DNA of 64,000 nt from the human T2T-CHM13v2.0 reference genome, Homo sapiens. The position numbers and the translations under genes are program-made. Below the pieces are notes generated by a model. The model ran no database searches and was not told the DNA's origin. It worked only from the letters and a program-made list of their open reading frames with translations. Where the stretch lies: the NCBI RefSeq assembly GCF_009914755.1, contig NC_060935.1; one strand, 5' to 3'. Shown here in pieces: positions 15,953-31,400 of the stretch. The first letter of the stretch is position 1. Each line of letters begins with the position of its first letter.

Positions 15953-16390
15953 GGGGTACTGGTTTGAATAGTGTCCTCCCAAAATTTACATCTACCTAGA
16001 ACCTCAGAATGTCACCTTATTTGGAAATAAGGTCTTTGCAGGCATGTTAAGATGAGCTTATGCTGGATCAGGGTAGGCACCAAATCCCATGACTAGTGTC
16101 CTTATAGGAAAGCCATATAAAGACCTAGAGGGACATACAGGAGACTGCCATGTGACAATGGAGGCAGGAATTGGAGTGATGCAGCTATAAGCGAAGGATT
16201 GCTGGCAACCACTAAGAGCTAGGAAGAGGCAGGGAAGACTTCTCCCCAAGAGCTTTCAGAGAAAGCATGGGCCCACTGGTACCTTGACTTCAGACTTCTA
16301 GCCTCTAGAACTGTGAGACAATAAAGTTCTGTTATTTTCAGCCATCCAGTTTGTGATACGTCATTATGGCAACCCTAAGAAACTAACACA
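15953..16390 (+). mobile_element. MLT1B/C MaLR LTR
   Basis: gtttgaatagtgtcctcccaaaatt...gaacctcagaatgtcaccttatttggaaataaggtctttgcag...gcaaccctaagaaactaacaca. Confidence 0.85.
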
Positions 16391-17679
16391 CTTGACGAAG
16401 CAGTCACTAACTTGTCTGTACCTTGATTTTCTCATCTGTAGAACAGGAATAAAAGTACCTGCCTCAGAGGATTGTGGTAAGGATTAATAATATATCTAAT
16501 ATTCTTATAATAGTACATACCAAATTCTACATAATGTTAACTGTTATAATGATTATAGATCTAATAATTCTGTTTTGAAATAAAAACACTTTTTTCACTT
16601 GTTCTTTGCTAAATTCTCATTAGCTTATTAATTTGACAGATTAAATTTTCCTAAACTTTTAAACACCAATTTTACGTTTAATCAAATTCTCTTAAATATT
16701 TTTAAATGAGAAAAAAGATATAAATCTAGTGAGTAAAATTCTCCTAAATTTTTAAGCATTGTTTAAGCAATTGATTAACTACATTTCTGTGAATATTTCA
16801 AGCTAAAATCACAAATTTAAAATGTGATTATATTAAACACTCCAAACATCTAATGCAGGTGTTAAACAAAATTGTTCTCAATCATGTAACTCTTATAATG
16901 CTAACAAATAAAATCTTATACATTTAGGTGAAATGATGTTAAGCACTTCAACATCTTAAAAATAAGCTTTATAAATGTAGTATAACAGATTTTCCTAAGC
17001 ATTTAAATGGTGACTATAAATTTAACTAGTTAAGTTATTCTAAATATGTCCATTAAAATCATGAATCTTATAATTTTCTAGTGTATCAGATTGTTAAGCA
17101 TTTAGCTTAAAAACAAAAATTGGGATAACAACATGTGTATTGCACTTGAATAAATAAAATTTACACAAAAGCATCATTTATAATTCTTATTTGTTAACCC
17201 TTTCTGTGTCACAGTTACTCTTCTAATTACTAGGAACACAATGATCAGTTTAGGAGCTCTTTCTAGGAATTGAAATTACAGAGATGACCAGAGATTTGAG
17301 TCCCAAATTGCAGAGGTAGAATAACCGTGCACAGACATGGGATGGGGCATTGGTTGCCTCGCAGGGGAATTTTACCAGAGCTATGAATTAATAAGGCAAG
17401 TTTCTTCTTCTGGTTGGCTTCTGCTTGCTGTACTGTCAGTGGGAGACAATCCTAGGCTTTTTAATGGAATTTTATTTTATAACCCAGTGCATCACATATA
17501 TCCTAGGAATCTTTCCAATTTCACCCTTATCAAATTTTTGTTATAACTTTTATCATTCCTATTCCGTGATTTGGGTAGATGGAATTATGGACACACACAC
17601 TCACACATAGTAGTCACAGAGCTTCCTGCTGAGACGTCCTTTTATTCTGTGTTCCTTCTCTTCATCCTTGATTCTATAG

Positions 17680-18093
<414 letters not shown>

Positions 18094-18886
18094 TGAATGA
18101 TGAATACATGTAATGAATATTAATTTGAAGTAACAAACTCCAAACATCCTCCACTTTACTTCATCAGGTAGAGTAATTTTGGCCCTATAGTAATTTCCTA
18201 TCTTGCCACCTCATCGAAAAATATGACAGTCCTTGTCTTACCTTCTGAATGGTGCCTTCACTGTAGCCTTTGCTTCTTGATTGTTTCTAATGAGCCCCTC
18301 TCAGTAAATAACAATCTACATGTCACGCATGCCACGCACCATTTGCCACCTTTCCCCTCAAGGTCTACTTGACGGTGAATCTTAACACACTCTCCTGTGA
18401 AGTCTGGACTGTTCAGAATTCATTTCTGGACTAAGAATCCTTTCTAGAAAGGTGCTGTAGTGGAGTTAACCATTCAAAGCACAATAATTTACCATTCTGG
18501 GCATAGCACTTAAGAGCATACATTTTAATCCATAAAAGCATGGTGGCAGATTCTGGCTCTGCCATTTACTACCTTTATTATTTGGCCTTTTTCAGACTCA
18601 GTTACCTCACTGTGAAACTGTAATTGTAATATCTATCACAGAGGGTTAAGGTGAGGCATGAATGAGATAAGGTATGCAAAGCTCTTAGGATAGAGCTAGT
18701 GCTTAAGCACTCAATAAATAGTAGTTGTTGCCCAAATGGACCCTTTCATTTTCCATGCTACTGGCCCAATCTCCTGAAAGGCAGTATAGTCACATTCATA
18801 CTGCTTTATTTCTTTAACATACTTGTTCTTAAAGCCGAGAGAGGAAGTAAAAAAAAAATAGAATGTCCTCTTTACAGAAAGAAGCT

Positions 18887-19042
18887 AATCAGATTGTAAA
18901 CTGGCAGCGCGTGATAATTTTTCATATATTTGTAAAGCTGTGCTAAGCAACAGTCAACAAAATCAGATTCTAAACCAGCAGAGCATGATGAATCTTCATA
19001 TATTTGCAAAGCTGTGGTAAGCAGTAAATAGTCAACAAAATC
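18887..19042. repeat. ~74-bp diverged tandem duplication
   Basis: aatcagatt..taaac..gcag...ttcatatatttg.aaagctgtg.taagca...agtcaacaaaatc occurs twice, at 18887 and 18961. Confidence 0.85.
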
Positions 19043-21166
19043 CTGAGATTTTTGTGCTTTTTAAATAAAATTTTAAATGTAAATTTAACAATATTAAGTA
19101 CATAATAAGATTAAATCATGTAATAAGAATCACTTCCATTTTTGACAAGCTTCTTAGTTCAGAGCCCTTAGGTACTTCCTGTAATAAAGTCCCATTTTCA
19201 GATTCACAGAGAGATATTATCTAATGTTTCACTCTGTCTTTTCATGTTCTTAATTTGGGGTCTGTTTCAATGGCCTGTCTCATATCAGCTGTCATTTTTG
19301 TGATCGAAATGTCAGTTCACATTACAGTTTTCATTAGGACAGTTCTCATCTTTGGTTTCAATTCAATTTAATTCAAATTAGATCCTTATGTCTCAGGACA
19401 ATTGAATTCACTTACAATCTTTTCTGTTCAGATAGGATTGTAACCACTACTTCCTGTTGCTACTACTGGAGTTGTTGGTACCTTCTAAACCCCTGGTACT
19501 GCCTGGGAGCCCACCAGGTCTCATAACAAGGACACTGCTGCTTCTGCCCATGGAAATGGGGCTGGCACCAGCACTGGAACCAGCCAAGCTAGCATTATGC
19601 TCAACAGTTATTAAACCACCGTTACTGTCTCCGGTGTTGATGACTGAGTCTCTACCACCTTCCTCTCAACAAAATCCCACTGGGTCAATGCTTTTCTGAA
19701 TTATGGAAAAATCTTTCTTTTCTCACATTTTGTTTTATACAATTTTTGGCTGAAAAACAGCTCACTAGGTTATAGGAGTTTGGAAAGGTGTAATTTGCTT
19801 ATTTTGTTTGATTTGGTTGAGATTTTCTAGTCTTCCCCCAACAGAAGCCAGACAAAAGGGGGCTGAACAACAACAGCAAAATTTACTCATGTCTTCTCCT
19901 GAGACAACTTTTTCAGAACTGACTTGTATGCTTGACTTTCCCTAGAATAAGTTTGTTTTCAAGAGGCTTTTCTTGCAATATTGCTGGTAGCAATGACCCT
20001 ATCACGACACCAGATGTATTGAAACTCCTTAATCCTGTCATCTTGTGGGCTTGGTCCCAGCTCACAAGCATTCTAGGACCTTAGTGGCGCTGTCCAGAAG
20101 AGGAAAAGATTCAGAGCCCAGAAAACTCACCCAACTGAAGGGCTGCACCTTAAGAAGGGGGAGACCAGTAGGCTGCACCGCCGTATTTCCAGAGGCTGAC
20201 CTTGATTCTGGCTAATTACACACACAAGGAAATTCACCAAATGAGCAAAACCCAGCTATGGAGTTCAGGTGGGAGCTGTGCTATGACTTGGCCATTGGCA
20301 ACAATGCCAATGCTAGTGGTATCCCTGGGTATGGGGACTGGTAAAAAAAATTGGCTAAGGTTGCAGCCTAGCCCTCTAAGCAGGCTTTAGACAGGCCATA
20401 AGAAATCAGGTACAGAGGTGGTCCCTAAGGCTGGGTACTTTGGGAGAGCTAAACCCAAAGCATTCTGAAGGAACTGCTTAAATGAAGAGGTAAAATTAGG
20501 TCATAATAGGGAAAAATGAGGTTGTGCACAGAACTGTGGGGGCAAACAAGATACATATGCATGTCACTAGCTGGGGGAATCCAGAGAAATGGGATAAGCA
20601 GCTAGGAAACCATAAGTGGGATGTGGCACCTGCTGTATGCTACTAGTTTGGACTAGGGTTCTTAAAGGAAGCTCATCTGGCTAGATTTAGGGAGTCTAGA
20701 AAGCCAAGGCAGATAAAGTACTTTTAATACATCAGAAATGTAGACTGGACCTACAGAGGGAATTGACATAATTGCTAAAGCTTGGACTTTGAAATTGGAA
20801 GTCTTGGGTTTAAATCTCAGCTCTGACACTTAGTCACAGTGTGGCCTTGTGCAAATTAGTGTCTCTACAACGCTGCATCCTCCATTAAAGAACCCCACGG
20901 GGTCTTTTAAGAACTTGTAAAGTCCATATCCCAGTGCCTGGCATACAATAAGTACCCAAAAATGAAGGAATATGGGCTGATACCATCACAACTAATTCCA
21001 GACCACATTCATTGGTGACACTGAGCCTGTTAACAATTTGCTTTCTCTGATGGGAAGGAACTCAGGAATTGGCAAACTGATATGGGTATGGGTTTCACAG
21101 TTGAAAGAGCGGCTAGGGAACCACGGGCCTGATGTAGATGGTGGCTTAGAAAGTAGAGCTATTCGG

Positions 21167-21548
<382 letters not shown>

Positions 21549-22042
21549 TCAGTCTTTCTTCCTAGACACAGAAACAAAGACCCCTTTCCCAGAGATGTGT
21601 GTGTGTGCCCACACACATGCACACACTTCAAAGCCACGGGTCACAATCAAACGTGGTTTCCCTTTGCAGTCAACACACTGGCTTTTAATACTTTCCTTAA
21701 GTAAGTTATAGCCTCACATGTGAACTTTTGATCTCTGAAATGAAGTCCATAAATTTCATTGTCAGAATGGTTGCTACTCTTTTATAGTTTACGTGTAAAT
21801 TTTGTTATTCCTATATCCATAGAAGTCACTTCAGTTTTTTCTCTCTATGGCCACAGTATTACTACATTTAATCTGTGCTGGAAGGTGCCCTGAGTTTAAA
21901 TTAAGTTGAATGCTGGGCTGAGTGTGAAACACAAGAGATACTGCTAGTCTAAGTCTGGGGCTTCCTTAAGAGAGCCCCTCCTTCACATCTCGGAAACAAG
22001 GAATGATGTTGCACCACTCAGACCTCATCTTTCCATCCCAGC

Positions 22043-22399
22043 TGTATTAGTCCATTTTCACGCTGCTGACAAAGACATATCCGAGAGTGGGAAGAAAAAG
22101 AGGTTTAACTGGACTTACAGTTCCACATGGCTGGGGAGGCCTCAGAATCACGGCAGGAGGCAAAAGGCACTTCTTACATGGCAGCAGCAAGAGAAAATGA
22201 GGAAGAAGCAAAAGCAGAAACCCCTGATAAACCCATCAGATCTCGTGAGACTTATTCACTATCACAAGAACAGCACGGGGAAGACCGGCCCCCATGATTC
22301 AATTACCTCCCCTGCCGGGTCCCTTCCCACAACACGTGGGAAGTCTGGGAGGTACAACTCAAGTTGAGATTTGGGTGGGGGCACAACTAAATCATATCA
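22043..22399 (-). mobile_element. THE1C-like solo LTR (MaLR)
   Basis: TG...CA termini, 357 bp, perfect 5-bp TSD CCAGC (22038-22042 / 22400-22404), THE1C-type internal sequence. Confidence 0.92.
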
Positions 22400-22806
22400 C
22401 CAGCCTTACCTCCGACCACTTCATTCCTCACACTACAGTCCAGTCACACCAAATTGTGATGATTCCTTCAATGCACCATGCCCTTTATTGCATTCTGCCT
22501 TTGCACAGTCTCTTTCCTCTACCCCAAGTGACCCTTCTTCTTTCCAGAGGGATTCCTCTTCAGCCTAAATGGCTTAGCTCAAGACTCATCCTTCAGAATG
22601 TTCTCTATAGACCTCCTCAATCCCTTTGAAGTTACTTTCTCCCTTCCCATTGCCCCTGCAGTATTCTATGCAGCTTCTCACATCATAATATCTCCATCTG
22701 TGAGCCCTTTGAAAGCAGGGGGAGTGTCCTACTTATGGGCTTAGTATCCCCAGCATCTATTACCATGCCTGGCACTTGTTTGGTGCACATTAAAAATGTA
22801 TGAATG

Positions 22807-25410
<2,604 letters not shown>

Positions 25411-25465
25411 TCCAACCTTGTCTTATTTAACTTGGGGGAAGGGGATTCTCCAATGTCTTTTCCAG

Positions 25466-25740
25466 GATAAAGAAGGAAATTAAAATACCATGAAAAAATG
25501 GACATGGCAGTAGAAAGGAAACATTCTGATCAGACCTTGGGAAAAGCTGGTGCCGAGAGAGGGAGAGGCCAGGTGTCCTCCCACCCAACTGGCACTGATT
25601 CTCAGCCCCTTCCTCTTACTTCTGTTGGCTTCAAGGAGACCTGCCCTTGATGTGTGTTGCTGCTGAAGCACCCTCCCAGCCAGGGAGTTGGACATATGCA
25701 GCAGGCACTTTGATGTCCAGGAAGTACACTGGTACATGAC
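25466..25740 (+). pseudogene. Putative 5' exon of a decayed LRR gene: signal peptide + LRR N-cap
   Basis: Acceptor cttttccag|25466 and accATG at 25490, in frame with LALILSPFLLLLLAS (25589-25633). ETCP (25636-25647) plus a 1-nt shift plus DVCCC (25649-25663) gives CPxxCxC, followed by ELDICSRHFDVQEV. Confidence 0.5.
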
Positions 25741-25834
25741 AGGAGCAAGGGTCAGGGAGGGGAGGGGAAAGGTTTCTACAATGCAGATGTTTTCAAAATT
25801 CTCCAACAATCATGACTCTAAATGGTATGATTTA

Positions 25835-26152
25835 GGGCTGGGTGCAGTGACTCACACCTGTAATCTCAGCACTTTGGGAGGCCAAGGCGGGAGGATCACT
25901 TGATACCAGAAGTTCAAGACCAGTCTGGCAACGTGGAGAGACCACCATCTAATTTCAAAAGAGACCCCCCGCCCCCCCGGCTAATTTTTAAAAAATTAGC
26001 AATGTACCTGTAGTCCCAGCTACTTAGGAAGCTGAGATAGGAGAATCGCCTGAGTCCAAGAGCTTGAGGCTACAGCGAGCCAAGATTGCAACACTGCATT
26101 TCAGCCTGGGTGACAGAGCAAGGCCCTGTCTCTCTAAAAAAGAAAAAAAAAA
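25835..26152 (+). mobile_element. AluJ with rearranged middle
   Basis: AluJ arms. The linker carries an inverted copy forming a palindrome at 25980-26000. Confidence 0.9.
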
Positions 26153-26329
26153 GTTATTGTTTAGTTCACATGGCCATCAGTAGAACTACATTTCATATGA
26201 TGAGAAGAAAATAATTATTTATTTTACACTTGAGTCAGGGAGACTGACAAAGGATAGGTATGGAAAATGGCTTGCTATTTTCATGGCCACCCTGTCCTGC
26301 AATGCGGGGGGTGGGAGGGGGGACATTCC

Positions 26330-26875
26330 AATGACTTACTGCTGCATGACAAAGCACCAAAACATAGTGGCTTAAATAGAAATATATTGTCTCTCATGAT
26401 TATCTGAGTTGACTGAGCTTAGTTGATGCTCTCCCCTGCAGTCTCATGGTTGCTCTCAGATGGCATCTGGGGCTGGCATCATCTGAATGCCTGCCTCGGA
26501 TGGATGTCCATAATGGCTTCTTCACTCACATCTGGCTCTGGAATTGAGATAACTGGAACAGCTGCAGAATGGCTGGACATCTCTCTCCACATAGTCTCTC
26601 CATATGGTTAGTTCGGGCTTCCTCACCACAGGGACATCTCAAGATAGTGTTCTGATAAAGTGACTGGCTTCCTCCAGAGCTAGCATTGCAAGTGGTCCAG
26701 CTAGATGCTACAAGGTTCTGTTAAGTAAGTTCTAAAGGAACCTAGAGTCATTTCTGCCACATACTAGGGTCAAGAGCAAGTCATAATCTTGAATCAGCCC
26801 AGATTCAACGGGAAAGAAATTACACAAGAATGGAATACGAGAAGGTGTGGCTCATCAGGGCCATCTTTGGAGAAA
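26330..26875 (-). mobile_element. Old MLT1 LTR
   Basis: actgctgcatgacaaagcaccaaaacatagtggcttaaa...gtcatttctgccacatacta...cagcccagattcaa. Confidence 0.7.
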
Positions 26876-27648
26876 GTGGGGATGGGAGTGGGAGTGGGGA
26901 GGTTAATGAGTTAAAGGGCTTCCTAGGTAGCTGTCATTTTAAAAGCACATCGAATGCTCAACACACATGGAGAATGCAATGAGTAATAAGGGGTAGAGAA
27001 GAAGGGAAGAGCTAAACTGGACAGTTAAACAGTATAAGCTAAAGAAAAGCAACCGATTCTGACTGATACAGTGCTTATGAACTTTCAATGAAAACAATTT
27101 TATGCAAAGTAATTTAATGAACTGAGAAAAGGACACTAATATGGATGTGAATATAGCCAAAAACAATGTCTACTGCCTGTATGTGGCTCCTGATAATTCT
27201 GCAGGCCACTTAGCTGCCCCTGGCCACCCACTTCACTGATAGCCACCTGGGACTATTGAGGGTGTCTAGCTTAGGAGTGCCCAGCCTCTGGTATTGCCAT
27301 TCAAACTCAACCCAGAGAAGAAGGCTCACCTGTTGCTTACTGTGCCCTTCCACATCCTTACAAAGAGTATCTCTCTCACACAGGAGTCCTGAGTTGGTTG
27401 CTGGCACAGACCACAACCAGAGGCTGAGTGGCCAGTGAAACTCCTCTGAGACTCAGGTTTTCTCTCTAATGGGAATTCCTGACTCTTCCTTCTTCAGTCC
27501 TCTCTCGGGACCAAAGAGGAAGGACACCCCTCAGTATCCTTTGGCAATCACCGTGGACACTTCCGCAGCTATAGAGGTGTTGCTTTGGGATCATCTAAGA
27601 CAGAGTCAAGCCTTTGGCAATGTTCAGGAAATGCTGGTATGTCTCTGA

Positions 27649-28078
<430 letters not shown>

Positions 28079-28299
28079 TGACCTTCATGGAAGAAGTGAA
28101 ATAGAAAACTGAGGAAAAGAAAATAATTGGAAAAAAAGTCCCACAAGTCAAGAAAGTACCCCAAGGAAGACTTACAGGACAACTTCCAAGGCAAATGGGA
28201 AAAGAGAACATTGGCAATCTAGGAGCTGCAGGAGAGAGCCCTGGTCTTCATCCCTAAGCCCAGGATGAATGTGAGGCAAAAATAGTCTCTGTTCTTTTG

Positions 28300-28462
28300 G
28301 AGGAAGAAAAAGCGAGTGAGCAAGCAAGCAAGAGAGAGAGAAAGAGATAGAGAAAGAAAGAAAAAGAGGGAGGGAGGAAGGGAAGGAAGGGAAGGAAGGG
28401 AAGGAAGGGAAGGAAGGAAGGAAGGAAGGAAGGAAGGAAGGAAGGAAGGAAGGAAGGAAGGA
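28300..28462. repeat. Polypurine tract with (GGAA)13 preceded by GGAAGGAAG units
   Basis: Pure GGAA run at 28408-28459. About 20 GGAA motifs in 28376-28459. Confidence 0.97.
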
Positions 28463-31400
28463 GCAAGCTCTGAGCAGTGCCACAGACCTGCTTCCAGTGT
28501 CCCTGATATAAAGCTCTCTTTGCTCAGTCTCCCAAGAGAACAGATCAAGCTTCTCCCAAGGACTATGGCAGGAACCCACTTCCTTCTTCCACTCAAAAGA
28601 CTTGTCACTTGCTGCTGGGATCCCTGGGCATATGGGCTGCAAAATTCAACTAGCTGCGTGATCACCTCTGTCACCTCACTCCCTGGTGTCTTCCCACTTG
28701 TGTCCAGGAGCTCTGGGCCTGGGAAGGATTAACAACAAAGATTAAAGATGGCCCACAAGGCCTCAGAGGATCAGGAGCCAGCCCTGAAGTCCAGAAATTT
28801 TGACTAAGCCTCTGTCATTAGGGTCTCCCAGCTCATCCATAGGCTAATGCCAAACTTTCACAACAGCTAGTGGTTCTCATGACACCTCCTCCTGGTAGAA
28901 AGGAAAGAATAAGTCAAAAGGACCTGGGCCACAGATTCTGTCCTCTTGAGTCATTGATTTTGCCTCCCTAAACTATATCTTAAGATAGATTACTCTGTGA
29001 AAGCTGGATGACCATTGCCAGACAATTTAAAAAGTATATATATCAATATGAAATGGATTGATGATAATATTGCATATTATAGTTTATAGCACATGGATGG
29101 TATTGCTTTTATCCATTTTCTTTATTTTTTGAAAATTGAATTTGTGATTTTAAACATTAAAGATAATAGAAAAATTAATTTTTTGGCTCAATACTAGATT
29201 TATTATAGCTATTATTCCAATAATTTATTCATTGAATTAAAGTTATTTCAAAACCATTTGACATAGGAATATTGATAGTTTTTTTTTCTACCAAGTGAAC
29301 ATCATCTTCAAGACATTCACACAATTTAGATAAAATTCCTTTTGCACAGCAGCTGTATCCAGAGGCTTGATCTTGGATTTAGATTTAAATTTATCAAAGA
29401 AAGGCAGTTTTTAAAATTTGCCTAATTCAAAGCTCAAAGACTAATGAAATCCTTTCTTCAAATACCTGAAGACATTTGTATTCAGGGCTCTAGAGATGAG
29501 CTTATGAACTCTATAAACAACTGGTAAGTAAACCTTCCAGAAACAAGTTTTACCTTTATAGCAGTACCCTTCTCTGCTGGTACCAATTATCCCTCCTAAA
29601 GGACTACTTCTATGTGTGAAGCCTCAGTGGGACCCATTGCCCCTCAGTGGGCCTTTTCTGGCTTTGAAAAGAAAAGACCCCAGCATGGTCCTCAAGTCTT
29701 CTGATGTTTATATAAAGACGGCAGGTCCTTGTAGAAGTGTTTATATAAATTAGGAAAGATTCCCCCACCTACCTTCAACTTATGACCTTCTTTGACTCCA
29801 GGGAACAAGGAAAAATCACTAGTTTGGGAAAGGTAGCTTTCAGTCTTGAAGCTGTAATTATACAGGGGTTAATGACTGGGAAGGAAGATTAAACTTTTAC
29901 TCACTACTTGAAATTATTCTAGTGCATGATCTCACTTCTTTGGGTTCTAATCCTAAATTATTTGCCCTATTCTGGTAGTTGGACATAGTGGTGGAGACCA
30001 GCTGGCTCCTAGAAAGTACAAAGGGAACTCCACCCAGTTACCACCAAGCACAGTGCAGGTTGGAGACAGCCTTTTCCTGAGGTGGGGCTGAGGACCTGCT
30101 CTGCCACTGACCAATCCTGTGATTTCCAGGCCTCACCTTCCTAGACACTCTCTGCTGTCAGGGATCCTGCCAGACACTTGTCAGCCCCTGGTGCAGCCAG
30201 GTCACGGCCATATCTGAGGGATAAACAGCACTGCACCTGTGACTATACTTGGCTTCTACCCTTCTGGGCTTAAGAGGACTTTGGCAATCCCCAAAGGACT
30301 CAGACACAGCATGACCATGGGAAACCCCTGCCTAGAACTTCCTGCCTTGGCCCAGCCCATCACTGGTTTTTACATAATGGTGCTTGGCATTTCTAGGCCA
30401 CTGTACACATATACACACACAAGCACAAATGCAATTATTGTGCAGGAACAGCTGCAAAGAGGCTGGTGCAGGGCTCCATGTCCTTCCTGAAAGTGGCTGA
30501 GGGGAGCATGGTCCTACCACAGCTGGGAGACTTGACTTTGTGCATCCCTTTATAGAAAGAAGCTCTCTGACTCTTACAGAAGTTGCTGCATGGGAATGCC
30601 AGAGATAAGGCACCTGCCTACCTAACACAGTAGTTTAGTCTTCTGAGAAGCCTCCTGTCTCCTTTGATACCTGTGACCCTCAGTCATGGCAGCTCCTCCA
30701 TCAATTTATCCAATGTGAGGATGGATGACACTCACCTCCATAACCCAGTCTGCAGCCAGGAAAGTGTCAGTAGAGGTGACCCCACCTTTCCAGGCCCATC
30801 ATATGTGGGTCAAGAAAGGATCATGTCCAAGACCACAGCATTAATGTTTAATAAGGCTTCCATTTCTATTGAAAAGTTGTCCTTCACCTGCAGTGTTTGC
30901 AACTGATTGCTAGCCTGAGGAACACTGGGCAAGACCAAGATGCATCATAGTGTGGTGGACAGAGCCATGAGCTGGGGCTGGGTCCCAGAGCTCTGCTCCT
31001 GCCGCTGAGGCTGAAACCACCCCTGCTGGTCACAGTTTCTTCTCACATGAGGAAGGGTTGGCCTACTATGTTCTATGCTCTTCCACCTCTGGTGTCTGTG
31101 TGTCTGTGAATCTAGGGAACTGCTTGTGCCCAGCACTGAGGAAACCGGGCACCTGGGGTGGGATCTATGCAATCCTAGACACACGCTGCCAGAAATCCAA
31201 GCACAGGCTAACTCTGGAGGGTAGGTTTTGGTGATTTCCACAGACATCAGCCGTCTCTTTACCCCCTCCATTGTTTCTTAGTTTCCCCTTCAATGGGTTT
31301 TCATTTTTAATAAATGGAAAGGAATTTGACTTTGAGATTGTCCTGAAAGCCCTTGTAATGACCAGTGATGTCTAGCATGGATTATAAAATGACAACTGGC

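Noticed and set aside
18887-19042. CRISPR-like spacing of short direct repeats (also 55462-55547)
   Set aside because: Only two copies each in eukaryotic DNA. These are simple local duplications.
27536-27636. SRCR-like peptide (SFGNHRG...TESSLWQC) in an alternative frame
   Set aside because: It lacks the other SRCR cysteines. The overlapping frame fits the surrounding collinear LRR pattern much better.
28172-28732. Long overlapping ORFs with PSFL/EGRK repeats
   Set aside because: Open frames come from the stop-free GGAA tract. Only the flanking + strand LRR fragments are meaningful.
29350-29523. Apparent stand-alone exon (cag|...CTG|gtaagt)
   Set aside because: LRR-like coding continues on both sides, so the sites are probably fortuitous inside the large fossil exon.
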